Positions 27,122 through 37,622 are shown, counted from the first letter of the stretch. The stretch is 64,000 nucleotides of DNA from Thermoplasmatales archaeon SW_10_69_26 (GCA_003009755.1 PXUB01000017.1:19149-83148), one strand, 5' to 3'. The notes: generated by a model from the letters alone, not told the origin. Translations and numbers: made by a program.

Positions 27122-28156
27122 ATGGTCAACGAACCGCTCTCCGATCGTCTTCGCGCTCCGCTCGCCATCGCTGTGGGACTCTTGATGCTCGGCAGCCTGT
27201 TCGCCGGATGCATCACGTCCGACTCCGGTGGCGGTCAGGCCAACCTCAAGCAGACCGGCTCCTCGACCGTTCACCCGCTCGCCCAAGCCTGGGCCCAAGA
27301 GTTCACGGAGGCAGAGATCGCCGTGAGCGGTGGCGGATCCAGCCACGGTCGCAACGCCATCCTCACCGGCAACGCTCACCTCGGTGACGCCTCCAGCAAG
27401 ATGGGGCCCGGCGACTATGACAAGGTCGGGTGCGACGTCTCCCAAGACGAGATCGACGCCGCGCAAAGCGGCCCACACCCCTGGAAGTACCCGAGCTGCA
27501 ACGGCGTAACCCCGACCGAGTGGGTCGTCGCCTGGGACGTGCTCGTCGTCGTCGTGAACCCGAACAACGACTGGGCTGATGAGCTCAGCTACGAGCAGCT
27601 CCGGCAGATCTTCACGACCGAGAACACGGCCGAGAAGTGGAGCGAGGTCGAGGGCCTCGAGGACGCACCGGACGAGAAGATCGAGATCCACGCCCCCGAC
27701 GCCGCCTCCGGCACGTACGAGTTCTTCTTCGAGGAGGTCGCCGGCCACACCGACAAGTCCCTGCTCGCCGAGGGCAGCGACCGCTACCACGGCTCCGCCA
27801 ACGACAACGTGATCCTGAACAAGATCACGGAGAACGAGAACGCGATCGGCTACTTCGGGCTCGCCTACTACGTCCAGAACGAGGACAAGATCGACACCGT
27901 AGCCATCTCCGAGGAGGGCGAGGATTTCGTGGAACCCAGCTTCGAGACGGCCAGCGAGTACCCGGTCACGCGCCCGCTGCACATCTACACCGACGGCGTC
28001 CCCAGCGGTGACGACGCCACCTCCCAGGCCGTCAAGGACTACATGTGCTTCGCGATGAGCGAGGAGGGCCAGTCGATCGTCCCCGACGTCGGCTACGTCA
28101 AGGAGTCCGACTTCGACCCCGAGTCGCACTCGAACCAGCAGAGCAAGGTCTGCTGA
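27122..28156 (+). CDS. pstS: Phosphate ABC transporter substrate-binding lipoprotein
   Basis: Lipobox FAGC; GSSTVHP, GGGSS, SGTYEFF, AIGYFG, YPVTRPL. Confidence 0.95.
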   Translation: MVNEPLSDRLRAPLAIAVGLLMLGSLFAGCITSDSGGGQANLKQTGSSTVHPLAQAWAQEFTEAEIAVSGGGSSHGRNAILTGNAHLGDASSKMGPGDYDKVGCDVSQDEIDAAQSGPHPWKYPSCNGVTPTEWVVAWDVLVVVVNPNNDWADELSYEQLRQIFTTENTAEKWSEVEGLEDAPDEKIEIHAPDAASGTYEFFFEEVAGHTDKSLLAEGSDRYHGSANDNVILNKITENENAIGYFGLAYYVQNEDKIDTVAISEEGEDFVEPSFETASEYPVTRPLHIYTDGVPSGDDATSQAVKDYMCFAMSEEGQSIVPDVGYVKESDFDPESHSNQQSKVC

Positions 28157-28211
28157 CAGCCGGTAAAGCCAAAACAAACCGCTCTATACAGCCCGTCGAC
28201 GGAGCATCGCG

Positions 28212-29582
28212 ATGGAGGAGAACCGGGGCCTCGGCAAGCTCGCCAGCACAGCGGACGATGCGGTCGTCGCGGCCAAGCGCCGCGAACGCATCGTCCGCGT
28301 CCTCCTCTTCGCGGCTGCGAGCGTCGCGCTCGTCGTGACCGGCGCGATCATCTGGACGCTCGTCGACGGCACGATCCGCTTCTTCGGTGCCTCCGGAACG
28401 AGCTTGAGCGCGTTCTTTGGCAACCCGCAGTGGGGCGGCATCGCGACCGTCTTGGGGCTGTCCGCTCTCGGCCTACTCGCTGCCGAGGCCTTCCTCTGGG
28501 GCGGATCGAACGTGCTGGGTGGGGTGACCCGCGCCCAACCGCCCTCCCTGCGTCGGCGGCTCCGCACCCGCCTCGTGGCGCGATGGAGCATCATCGCAAC
28601 GACACCGATCGCGTACGCGATCAACCGCGAGTTCTTCCTGCCGCTGTTCCCGTCGAACCCCGTCGTCGCGGTTGCGGTCCCCACGGTTCCCACGCTGGGG
28701 TACGTCTGGCTGGCGGGGCAACTGGCCAGCGAGGACGTCCTGCCGACCCGAGATCTCCCCGGACCCGGCGACTGGCCGCGCGCGATCGGGCTCACCGCGG
28801 CCGCGATCGTGTTCGCGGCCGTCGTGACCACGTACGACCTGTCGACGAGCACGTTCCTGGGCTCGGTCCAGTGGGCGGGCGTCGCGGGCGAGTTCAGCAT
28901 CTGGTCGCTGGTGTCCGGCACCGTTCTCATAGCGATCGGCGCCCTGATCCTGGCGGGCCCGGTGGGCGTCGGTGCCGCCCTGTACCTGGCCGAGTTCGCC
29001 GACGAGCGCGTGCGGGCGATCGGGAAACCGATCGTCGAGGTTCTCGCCGGCGTGCCCAGCATCGTGTACGGGTTCTTCGCGCTGTTCACGATCAGCCCGT
29101 TCATGCAGGAGCACTTCGGCGCGATGACGTACAACGCCGGGAGCGCGATCCTCGTCGTCTCCGTCATGGTGCTCCCGATCGTCGTCTCGCTCAGCGAGGA
29201 CGCGATCTCGAGCGTGCCAGGCCACCTGCGCGACGCCTCGCTCGCGATGGGCGCCACCGAGTGGGAGACCAGCCTGAACGTGATCCTCCCCGCCGCACGC
29301 TCGGGCGTGTTCGCCAGCTTGTTCCTCGGCCTGGCCCGGGCCCTGGGCGAGACGATGGCCGTCCTACTGGCCGCGGGCAGCATCGCCCGCTGGCACCTCG
29401 ACCCCTTGATGGAGGTGCAGACGATGACGACCTACATCGCCCGCGTCTCCACCGGAGACATCCCGCCCGGGCCGGCCACGGATGCCGCGTTCGCGGTCGG
29501 CCTGGTGCTCTTCGTGATCACGTACACCGTCAACCTCGGCGGTCAGGAGATCCTGGACCGCATGGGGGTGGATGAAGTTTGA
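28212..29582 (+). CDS. pstC: Phosphate ABC transporter permease with extra membrane insertion
   Basis: [34 protein letters not shown]. Confidence 0.93.
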   Translation: MEENRGLGKLASTADDAVVAAKRRERIVRVLLFAAASVALVVTGAIIWTLVDGTIRFFGASGTSLSAFFGNPQWGGIATVLGLSALGLLAAEAFLWGGSNVLGGVTRAQPPSLRRRLRTRLVARWSIIATTPIAYAINREFFLPLFPSNPVVAVAVPTVPTLGYVWLAGQLASEDVLPTRDLPGPGDWPRAIGLTAAAIVFAAVVTTYDLSTSTFLGSVQWAGVAGEFSIWSLVSGTVLIAIGALILAGPVGVGAALYLAEFADERVRAIGKPIVEVLAGVPSIVYGFFALFTISPFMQEHFGAMTYNAGSAILVVSVMVLPIVVSLSEDAISSVPGHLRDASLAMGATEWETSLNVILPAARSGVFASLFLGLARALGETMAVLLAAGSIARWHLDPLMEVQTMTTYIARVSTGDIPPGPATDAAFAVGLVLFVITYTVNLGGQEILDRMGVDEV

Positions 29583-30475
29583 ACGCGGAGGACCTCGGCG
29601 AGGAGCTGCGCAAGGGATCGGGCGAACTCTCCCGCCGGCGCAAGACGGCGCTCATCGGACGCGCCGTCACGGGCCTCTGCCTGGCGATCGCCGTGGTCTT
29701 CCTGGGGCTGCTCATCTTCGACGTTCTGCGACGGGGCCTGCCCCAACTGGATTGGCAGTTCCTCACCACGGACGTGAAGGGGTTCAACCCCGAGACCGGC
29801 GGCGTCCGGAACGCGATCGTCGGCAGCGTGTACCTGATCTTGATCACGATGGCCGTCGCCGTCCCCCTCGGTGTGGCTACGGCCGTGTACCTCGAAGAGT
29901 TCGCCAAGGACAACGCGATCACCACGGGGCTCCAGCGCCTCGTCGAGAACCTCGCTGGTGTGCCCAGCATCGTGTTCGGCCTGCTCGGGCTGGCGTTCTT
30001 CGCTCGACTGATGGATTTCGGCACGAGCCTGATCTCCGGCGGCCTCACGCTGGGCCTGCTCGTGCTGCCGATCGTCGTCGTCTCGACCCAAGAAGCCCTG
30101 TCTGCGGTGCCCGACGAGTTCCGCAACGGCGCTCGCGCGATGGGAGCCACGGAGTGGCAGGTGGTGAAGGACCACGTGCTCCCCGCGGCGCTGCCTGGCA
30201 TCATGACCGGATCGATCCTCTCCCTCTCGCGCGCGATCGGCGAGACGGCTCCGATCCTCTTCGTCGTCTCCTCGTTCATCCGCGGTGTCCCGACCGCGCT
30301 CACCGACGGGTTCCTCGCGCTCCCCTACCAGATCTTCTACTGGGCACAATTGCCCAGTCAGGAGGTCCAGCAGATGGCGGCCAGCGCGATCATCGTCCTC
30401 ATGGCCCTGTTGCTCACGATGAACGGTGTCGCCGTCGCTATCCGACAGTGGTCGTTGTCCCGGAGGCAATGGTAA
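29579..30475 (+). CDS. pstA: Phosphate ABC transporter permease
   Basis: [23 protein letters not shown]. Confidence 0.93.
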   Translation: MNAEDLGEELRKGSGELSRRRKTALIGRAVTGLCLAIAVVFLGLLIFDVLRRGLPQLDWQFLTTDVKGFNPETGGVRNAIVGSVYLILITMAVAVPLGVATAVYLEEFAKDNAITTGLQRLVENLAGVPSIVFGLLGLAFFARLMDFGTSLISGGLTLGLLVLPIVVVSTQEALSAVPDEFRNGARAMGATEWQVVKDHVLPAALPGIMTGSILSLSRAIGETAPILFVVSSFIRGVPTALTDGFLALPYQIFYWAQLPSQEVQQMAASAIIVLMALLLTMNGVAVAIRQWSLSRRQW

Positions 30476-31224
30476 TGTCGAACATCACGGTCGAAGATCT
30501 CAACGTCTGGTACGGCGACGATCACGCCCTCAAGAACATCAACATGGAGATCCCAGAGGGGGAAGTCACCGCGCTCATCGGTGCCAGCGGTTGCGGGAAA
30601 TCCACGTTCCTGCGCTGCTTCAACCGGATGAACGACGAGATCGGCGTCGCCCGCGTCGAGGGCTCGATCCGCTGGAAGGGCGTCGACCTCAACGGCGAGG
30701 ACGTCGACCCCGTCGCGCTGCGACGACGCGTCGGGATGGTCTTCCAAAAGCCCAACCCGTTCCCGAAGACCGTCTACGACAACATCGCGTACGGCGTGTC
30801 GCTGAACGGGCGCGGCGACGACGACATGGACCAGATCGTCGAGACGAGCCTCGAGCAGGCCAACCTCTGGGACGAGGTCGAGGACCGGCTCGACAAGAAC
30901 GCGCTCACGCTCTCCGGCGGTCAGCAACAGCGGCTCTGCATCGCGCGCGCGGTGGCCGTGAAGCCCGACGTCATCCTGATGGACGAGCCCGCCAGCGCGC
31001 TCGACCCCGTGTCCACGCAGAAGATCGAGAACCTGATCGAGGAGCTGCGGGAGGAGTACACGGTCGTCGTCGTGACGCACAACATGCAGCAGGCCGCGCG
31101 GATCAGCGACAAGACCGCTCACCTCCACCTCGGCGAGCTCGTCGAGTTCGACAACACCGACAAGATCTTCGAGAACCCCGAGGAAGAGCTCACCGAGGCC
31201 TACATCACAGGCCGCTTCGGTTGA
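30475..31224 (+). CDS. pstB: Phosphate ABC transporter ATPase
   Basis: [40 protein letters not shown]. Confidence 0.97.
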   Translation: MSNITVEDLNVWYGDDHALKNINMEIPEGEVTALIGASGCGKSTFLRCFNRMNDEIGVARVEGSIRWKGVDLNGEDVDPVALRRRVGMVFQKPNPFPKTVYDNIAYGVSLNGRGDDDMDQIVETSLEQANLWDEVEDRLDKNALTLSGGQQQRLCIARAVAVKPDVILMDEPASALDPVSTQKIENLIEELREEYTVVVVTHNMQQAARISDKTAHLHLGELVEFDNTDKIFENPEEELTEAYITGRFG

Positions 31225-31281
31225 CCGACACACCTATACCCTGGCCGTTTCGATCCAACAACGCGACGAGGAACGCCCCAC

Positions 31282-31938
31282 ATGGCTCGCGACACCTTCG
31301 ACAAGCAGCTCGGCGATCTGAAGGCCCAGGTCATGGAGATGGCCGACCTGGCCAAGTGGATGTTCGAGACCGGCGTCCAGAGCCTCATCGATCTCTCCGA
31401 CGACACCGCCGACGAGGTCTTGGAGAAGCGCCACCGCCTGGCCGAGCTCGACGAGCAGATCGAGGAGGACGCGCTCAAGCTCGTCGCCCGCCAGCAACCG
31501 ATGGCCAAGGACATGCGCGCCATCGGCGCCGCGCTCAAGCTGATCACCTACATCAACCGCATCGGGCGCTACGGCAAGGACATCGCCCAGATCACCACGC
31601 AGTGGGACTCGGAAACCCACTACTCCGACCTCGTCAACCTACCCCGCATGGTCGAGCTCGTGCACAACGGGCTCAACCACGTGCTCCGCTGCTACCACGA
31701 GGAGGAGGACATCGACCTCGAGCAGCTCGTCGAGTGGGAGGACGAGATCGACGCGCTGCGCTGGAGCGTCTTCCGCGAGTGCCTGACCTACATGGCCCAG
31801 GACCCCGAGCACATCGAGGAGTACGCCTACTACATGATGATCGCGCGCTACCTGGAGCGCTGCGGGGACAACGTCTGCAAGATGGCCGAGAAGATCCACT
31901 ACATGGTCGAAGGCGAGCACCTCGCCATCGACACCTAA
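31282..31938 (+). CDS. phoU: Phosphate signalling complex protein PhoU
   Basis: QQPMAKDMR, EDEIDAL, ARYLERCGDN. Confidence 0.93.
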   Translation: MARDTFDKQLGDLKAQVMEMADLAKWMFETGVQSLIDLSDDTADEVLEKRHRLAELDEQIEEDALKLVARQQPMAKDMRAIGAALKLITYINRIGRYGKDIAQITTQWDSETHYSDLVNLPRMVELVHNGLNHVLRCYHEEEDIDLEQLVEWEDEIDALRWSVFRECLTYMAQDPEHIEEYAYYMMIARYLERCGDNVCKMAEKIHYMVEGEHLAIDT

Positions 31939-32245
31939 GTCGGGAGCTCGCACCCTGCAGAGCCCTCCGCGCGTTGCCTCACATCTGTAACCATCTCTCC
32001 CGAGCCTACCCAGCCAACCCTTTCCCCCGTCCCGTCCGTGAGTCCCGATGCCGGTGGCCCCGGGGACCGCCGGCCACCTCCATTCTCCCCCCCTCCCGGC
32101 CCCCACGGGCCGGGCTCCCTCCCACTGGGCGGCCAGCGACCCGTCTCGGGGGGGTCTGCGGGACCCGATCCTCTGGGGGTCTCGGTAGGCCTCCGGAGAC
32201 TCCTCCAGCAACCCCCAAGCCCGGTCCACCCGTGGCCGAGCCTGC

Positions 32246-33460
32246 ATGGAACCCAACACCCTGCCCGCCTGGCTGTTGCTCGCCTCCGCCAGCCTGCTGC
32301 TCACCGTCCCCGCGGCCGGGGCCGAGGACTACCCCTTCGGCTCCTACGTGGACACCGGCGACACCGACCACGTCCCCGCCGCCGAGGCCGTCGAGGACGT
32401 CCGGCTTTGCATCATCGACGAGGACGGCAGCGACCACTGGACCGAAGGCGAACCCCTGGTGCTCAGCTTCGACGGCGCCTGCGACCGCGTCAGCTACGAG
32501 GACCGTTGCCTGATCTGCCTGGACGACAAGGGTCCGGGCGCCGAGATCGAGATGGCCGACCCCGAACACGACCGCTTCCTCACCGCCGTCGACGACCACA
32601 ACCTCACCTACGTCGACATGGCCAACGAGAATGGGGTCGACCCCGACAACCCCACTTACATCGATCTCCGCAACCCCCAGGCCGAGCGCGTCGACCCCGG
32701 CGACCTGCGGCTCACGTCCTGGAAGGACCACGAGGCGTTGACGACGGTCGAGCCCGGTGACGCCGACGCCGGCGTCGCGGTCTCCCACATCACCGGCGAC
32801 CCCTGGGATTTCAACGCCACTGACGCGCTGCTCGAGCAGGGCGACGGCTTCTACCTCAACACCGACGGCGGCACGCCCGGCGCGGACTTCGACCACGTGC
32901 CCGGCGACGCCATCCGGCTCGACGACGCCGTCACGGATCCCGCCCGCGCCCTGATCGAGGACGCCATGGCCGAGATGGGAACCGAGACCGGCGAACCCAA
33001 CATCACGGCCGGCCAGCTCGCGATCGAGCCCACCGAGGCTAGCCCCGGCGAGCTCATCCGCATCCACGTAACCGCGGCCAACCACGGCCAGGCGGCCGGC
33101 GCCGGAACCATCGACACCGCCCTCGACGGAGAGGTCTTCGACGTCCGGGGTACGCCGACCCTCGAGCCCGGCCAACAGGCCAAGCTCGTGATCCCCCTGC
33201 CCGCTCCCGACGCCGAGGGCGAGGTAACCGTCTCCGTCGGCAGCCTCCAGGAGACGCTCGCGATCGAACCCGCGGAGACCGAGGCGGGCCAGGCCGACGC
33301 GGAGCCGGAGACCGACGAGGTCGAGGCCCAGGACGCCAGCACCGAGGAGCCCGTCGAGGAGCCGCCCGAGCAGGCCAGCGTCCCCGCGCTCCCCCTGGCC
33401 GGCCTGCTGGCCGCGATCGGGTTCGCCCACGCGATCGCACCCTCGCGGGAGGCCCGTTGA
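32246..33460 (+). CDS. Secreted acidic protein with CARDB-like domain and C-terminal VPALP-TM anchor
   Basis: Signal peptide; repeated V.PGD.RL units; CARDB-like PGELIRIHVTAANHG...LEPGQ; acidic linker followed by a TM helix. Confidence 0.8.
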   Translation: MEPNTLPAWLLLASASLLLTVPAAGAEDYPFGSYVDTGDTDHVPAAEAVEDVRLCIIDEDGSDHWTEGEPLVLSFDGACDRVSYEDRCLICLDDKGPGAEIEMADPEHDRFLTAVDDHNLTYVDMANENGVDPDNPTYIDLRNPQAERVDPGDLRLTSWKDHEALTTVEPGDADAGVAVSHITGDPWDFNATDALLEQGDGFYLNTDGGTPGADFDHVPGDAIRLDDAVTDPARALIEDAMAEMGTETGEPNITAGQLAIEPTEASPGELIRIHVTAANHGQAAGAGTIDTALDGEVFDVRGTPTLEPGQQAKLVIPLPAPDAEGEVTVSVGSLQETLAIEPAETEAGQADAEPETDEVEAQDASTEEPVEEPPEQASVPALPLAGLLAAIGFAHAIAPSREAR

Positions 33461-33909
33461 TGGCCGAGGGCCCGATGCAGATCGCCTTCGTCTGCGTTCG
33501 GAACGCCGGGCGCAGCCAGCTCGCGCTTAGCTACACCCAGCGCCGCCTCCAACGCAGCGGCCTCGACGACGCCGTGAGCCTCGTCACGGGCGGCACCTAC
33601 CCCGCCGACGAGATCCACACCGGCGTCCACGAGGTCCTCGAAGCGGAAGGCTTCGAGCTCGAGGGCCGCACGCCTCGCCAGATCACCGAGGCCGAGCTGC
33701 TCGCCAGCGACATCATCGTGACCATGGGCTGCGAGGACCTCGAGCTGCCCGACGACCTCGAGGCCGACGTCCACGCCTGGGAGCTGCCCGACCCCGCCGG
33801 CGAACCCCCGCGACACGTTCTCGAGATCGCCGAGGAGGTCGACGACCGCGTGCGGGATCTGCTGGCGGATCTCGAGCCCCGCCTCGAACGCCAGCCCGAG
33901 CGCCCCTGA
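33457..33909 (+). CDS. arsC: Arsenate reductase / low-molecular-weight phosphatase family
   Basis: FVCVRNAGRSQ P-loop, IVTMGC, WELPDP. Confidence 0.8.
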   Translation: MMAEGPMQIAFVCVRNAGRSQLALSYTQRRLQRSGLDDAVSLVTGGTYPADEIHTGVHEVLEAEGFELEGRTPRQITEAELLASDIIVTMGCEDLELPDDLEADVHAWELPDPAGEPPRHVLEIAEEVDDRVRDLLADLEPRLERQPERP

Positions 33910-34051
33910 CGCGATCTCGCCAGAGGGGGAATCCACCCCTGGGGGTCCCCCCGCTGCTTGCCTCCGACCTGGACCCCCTCCTGGCGAACCGTAAGGAGGT
34001 CTCCACAGATTCCGCTGGGAACCCCTATCCAGGGTCGAAGATACGTACCCG

Positions 34052-34735
34052 GTGGAGATGAGAACGACACCGAACACGGAACGGACGGGTCGGGTGGCCG
34101 AGCCCACACGGGGCTGGGGCCCGACCCACAGCGGGTCGGACCTCGACCAGGGCCAAGAGCTGGCCATCGCCGTCGACGTCGACGGCGTCCTCTTCGACCA
34201 CATCCCCTACGTGCTGCGCGGCTTCCGCGATGCCCACGGCATCGATTTGGCCGACGAGGGGCTGCGGTACTGGGACTTCTTCCAGTACCAGGCCGTCCGC
34301 GAGGCCGGCCTCACCGAGGAGTGCGTGCGCAGCGTGCTCGACCGCATCGAGACCGACCCCGCGCTCCACGAACGAGGTCCCCGCGACCCGTTCGCGGCCC
34401 GCGTCATGGACGCCTGGAAACAGGCCGGCCACCGGGTCGACGTCGTCACCGCCCGCGGCGAGATCTCCCGCGAGGTGACCCGCCGATTCCTGCGCACGAA
34501 CGAGATCCCCTACGACGAGCTCGTCATGGAAGCCGAGACGAAGACCGGCTGGGACCTGCTCGTCGACGACGCGGCCCACAACGTGCTCGCGGCGGCCGAC
34601 GACGGCTCCACCGCGCTGCTCATGGATCAGCCCTACAACCGCGACGTCGACGCCCAGGGCAACCCCCACCGCGTCCACGACTGGGTCGAGGTCGCCCGCC
34701 TGCTCGAACCGGCGGCGCCCAGCCCGACGCCATGA
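34052..34735 (+). CDS. HAD-superfamily 5'(3')-deoxyribonucleotidase-like (NT5C) protein
   Basis: IAVDVDGVL, VVTAR, K..DLLVDD, QPYNR..RVHDW. Confidence 0.8.
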   Translation: MEMRTTPNTERTGRVAEPTRGWGPTHSGSDLDQGQELAIAVDVDGVLFDHIPYVLRGFRDAHGIDLADEGLRYWDFFQYQAVREAGLTEECVRSVLDRIETDPALHERGPRDPFAARVMDAWKQAGHRVDVVTARGEISREVTRRFLRTNEIPYDELVMEAETKTGWDLLVDDAAHNVLAAADDGSTALLMDQPYNRDVDAQGNPHRVHDWVEVARLLEPAAPSPTP

Positions 34736-35025
34736 GCCTCGTCGCCGCAACCGGCGCCTGCCTGCTGGCCGCCGCCACGCTGCCCCAGGCCGTGCGCCTG
34801 CTGCGTACCCGCGAGGCCGAGGACTTCAGCTGGGCGTTCAGCACGCTGAACTTCGCCGGCCTGGCCCTGCTCGCGGTCCGCAGCTTCGTGATCGGGGAGT
34901 GGGCCTTCCTCGCCGTGAACACGGTCACGACTCTCTTCTGGGGCCTGGTCCTCCTCGTCAAGCTGGACACGCCGTTCCCCAGCAGGCCGGACGCCCCGTT
35001 GAGGCCGACTCCCCGATCCCGTTGA
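34732..35025 (+). CDS. PQ-loop (SemiSWEET-like) three-TM transporter
   Basis: LPQAVRLLRTREAEDFS, three TM helices, N in the last helix; ATGA overlap with the upstream gene. Confidence 0.8.
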   Translation: MSLVAATGACLLAAATLPQAVRLLRTREAEDFSWAFSTLNFAGLALLAVRSFVIGEWAFLAVNTVTTLFWGLVLLVKLDTPFPSRPDAPLRPTPRSR

Positions 35026-35029
35026 CCGT

Positions 35030-35414
35030 CCCGGTCTCGAACACCGCCGGCCGCCCCCGGGTTGCCCTGCTCGCGCACCGCCTCCACGACGCGGTCGGCG
35101 TCGTAGCGAACCCGGTGGATCCGCGTCCCCAGCTCCTCCCCCAACGTCAGCTCCACGTGAATGGGCCGCGTGTCCCCGTCGTCGGGCAACCCCGTCGTCC
35201 CCGCGTTCACCACGTGGACGCCATCGATCTCGCGGTGGAAGGGCAGGTGGGTGTGCCCGCACGAGCACGTCCGGCTGGACGCCGTCGAGCTTGCGCTCAG
35301 CGGCCGATCGAGCCGTTCAGCGTGCGCGAACGCCGGCTGGCGTCCGCGGAGCTGGCCACGTGACGCGTTCCCGACACAGACGACGGACAGGCCCGAGGGC
35401 TCCCCGCCGGCCAC
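35030..35414 (-). pseudogene. Remnant: ArsC-like N-terminal fragment joined to a metallophosphoesterase C-terminal fragment
   Basis: VVCVGNASRGQL followed by CGHTHLPF...VVNAGTTGLPDDGDTR...RVRYD; N-terminal phosphoesterase motifs absent; no clean stop. Confidence 0.65.
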
Positions 35415-35462
35415 GAGCCGGGCGAACCGGCCCGGTGCCCACCCGGTTCGGGGCGGTCGGCG

Positions 35463-36260
35463 TCACGTCCGGCCGCGATCGCCGCCTTCCCCGACGATGC
35501 GGACGAACTTGGCGAGGCTCGGATCCTCGACGCGGTGGCGGTCGCCCTCGCGGTCGAGCAGCAACGCGCCGTCGCTGTCGATGCCGACGGCCTCGCCCTC
35601 GTACACCATGTGGCCCGCATCGATGCGGACCTCGGCGCCCTTCTGCGTCCACGAGGCCTCGAACGAGCGCACGAGCTCGGCCGGCTCGTGCACCAACCGA
35701 CGGGCCCGGGCGAGGCTCTCGGCGACCGTGTCGCCCAGCTCCTCCAGGCCGATCTGCTCGTTCGCGATCGCGTGCAGCGCCACCGCCTCGTCGCGCACGT
35801 CCTCGGGCAGCTCGGCGATCGGGTTGTTGACGTTGATGCCGATCCCGATGGCCGCTTGCTCGACGTCGTGGCCGTCGACCTGACCCTCGACGAGCACGCC
35901 GCCGAGCTTGTCGCCGTCGACGACGAGATCGTTGGGCCACTTGAGGCCGGGCTCGATCCCGGTGTGCCGGCGGATGCCCTCGCGGACGCCCAAGGCGCCC
36001 GCCAGCGTCAACCGCGCCGCCGAGCAGGCGTCCAGCTGGGGCTCCCACAGCGTCGACAGCCACAGCCCGCCGCGCGGGGCGTGCCAGCTCCCCGTGCCGC
36101 CGCGGGAGCCGGTCTGCTCGCGGGCGACGACGATGGTGTGCTCCTCGGCCCCCTTGCCGCCGAGCCGCATGACGACATCGTTGGTCGAGGCCAACTTGTC
36201 GAACCGGAGGGTCTCGGGGATCGAGCTGGGCCCGTCGGGGTCCACGAGCCGGTATCCCAT
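35463..36260 (-). CDS. birA: Biotin--protein ligase
   Basis: STND, AREQTGSRG, KWPNDL, KLGGVLVE, GIGINVN. Confidence 0.92.
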   Translation of the reverse strand: MGYRLVDPDGPSSIPETLRFDKLASTNDVVMRLGGKGAEEHTIVVAREQTGSRGGTGSWHAPRGGLWLSTLWEPQLDACSAARLTLAGALGVREGIRRHTGIEPGLKWPNDLVVDGDKLGGVLVEGQVDGHDVEQAAIGIGINVNNPIAELPEDVRDEAVALHAIANEQIGLEELGDTVAESLARARRLVHEPAELVRSFEASWTQKGAEVRIDAGHMVYEGEAVGIDSDGALLLDREGDRHRVEDPSLAKFVRIVGEGGDRGRT

Positions 36261-36410
36261 CCCGGGCTCTTGAGCGTTGCTGATTCCCGCTGTCGGGGTC
36301 GGCCCCAGCGGCCGGTCCGAGGACGATCGGTCCCCCGTCGAACCGTGCGGGGGTAGCCTCTTGACCGAGCAAGGATTCAGGGGAGGCCACGGGGTCTTCG
36401 GGGTATCCTC

Positions 36411-37622
36411 ATGCGGATCCTGCACACCGCCGACTGGCACCTCGGGCGTCGCCTGAACCGCGCCAGCCGCCTCGCCGAGCAGCGCGAGCTCTTGCACGAT
36501 CTCGTCGAGCACACCGACCGCCTGGACCCGGACGCGGTGGTCGTGGCCGGCGACGTGTACGACGTGTTCACGCCCGGCGCCGACGCCGAACGCCTGTACT
36601 ACCGCACCGTGCAGCGCCTGGCCGACGACGGCACCCGCCCGGTCCTGGTCGTCGCCGGCAACCACGACAGCCCGGCCCGGCTCACGGCGCCGCGCGCCCT
36701 GCTCGAGGACCACGGCGTGTTCGTGTACGGCGACCCGCACGACCCCGACGACGTCCCGCAGGCCCGCGACCACGAGGGCTTCACGATCCACGACGCCGGC
36801 CCCGGCTGGTTGGACGTCGAGACCGACGGCGGCCGCGGGACCTTCCACCTGCTCAGCTTCCCCTCCCGGTCCCGTCTGCCCTCCGACGTCGACGAGGAGG
36901 ACGCCTCGGCGACCGAGATCGTCGACACCCTCGGCGATCGCGTCCCCACCGGCCCGGGCGCCCGCTACCTCGTCGGCCACCTCTACGTCGGCGAGGGCCA
37001 CGACGTCGCGGAGGACACCGACGACTACGTCGGCGGCGCCTACGCCGTCCATCCCGACGCCCTGGAGACCTACGACGCCGCCTTCCTCGGTCACCTGCAC
37101 CGGCCCTTCGGCTCCGGCAACTGGCGCTACGCCGGCGCCCCGATGGCCTTCGACTTCGACGACCCGGCCACGGAGCGCGGCGCCTGGCTGTACGAGGACG
37201 GGGTCGGCGAGACGGTGCCCTTGGCCGGCGACCGCGGACTGACCGAGCACCGCCTGGCCAGCTTCGATCAGGCGCTGGCGCTCGCCGAGGACGACGAGGA
37301 CGGCTGGGTCCGGCTCGTCTTCGAACGCGGCACCGTGATCGAACGCAACCAGCGCAAGCGCCTGCGCGAGGCCTTCGGCGACCGGCTCGTCAACATCCGG
37401 TTCAGTGAACCCGACGACGACGCGCTCGCCACCTCGGCCACCGTCGAGCTCGGCGACCTCGATCCCGAGCAAGCCTTCCGCGACTACGTCGAGGACCGGG
37501 AGGGCAAAGGGCCCGACGACGAGCTCGTCGACATGTTCCTCGAGGTGCTCGACGGGCCCCAGACGCCCGACGACGAGCCCGAGGCCGAGACGGGGCAAGC
37601 CACGCTGGAGGTCGACGGATGA
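36411..37622 (+). CDS. sbcD: SbcD/Mre11-family nuclease
   Basis: MRILHTADWHLG, AGDVYD, AGNHDS, LGHLH. Confidence 0.93.
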   Translation: MRILHTADWHLGRRLNRASRLAEQRELLHDLVEHTDRLDPDAVVVAGDVYDVFTPGADAERLYYRTVQRLADDGTRPVLVVAGNHDSPARLTAPRALLEDHGVFVYGDPHDPDDVPQARDHEGFTIHDAGPGWLDVETDGGRGTFHLLSFPSRSRLPSDVDEEDASATEIVDTLGDRVPTGPGARYLVGHLYVGEGHDVAEDTDDYVGGAYAVHPDALETYDAAFLGHLHRPFGSGNWRYAGAPMAFDFDDPATERGAWLYEDGVGETVPLAGDRGLTEHRLASFDQALALAEDDEDGWVRLVFERGTVIERNQRKRLREAFGDRLVNIRFSEPDDDALATSATVELGDLDPEQAFRDYVEDREGKGPDDELVDMFLEVLDGPQTPDDEPEAETGQATLEVDG

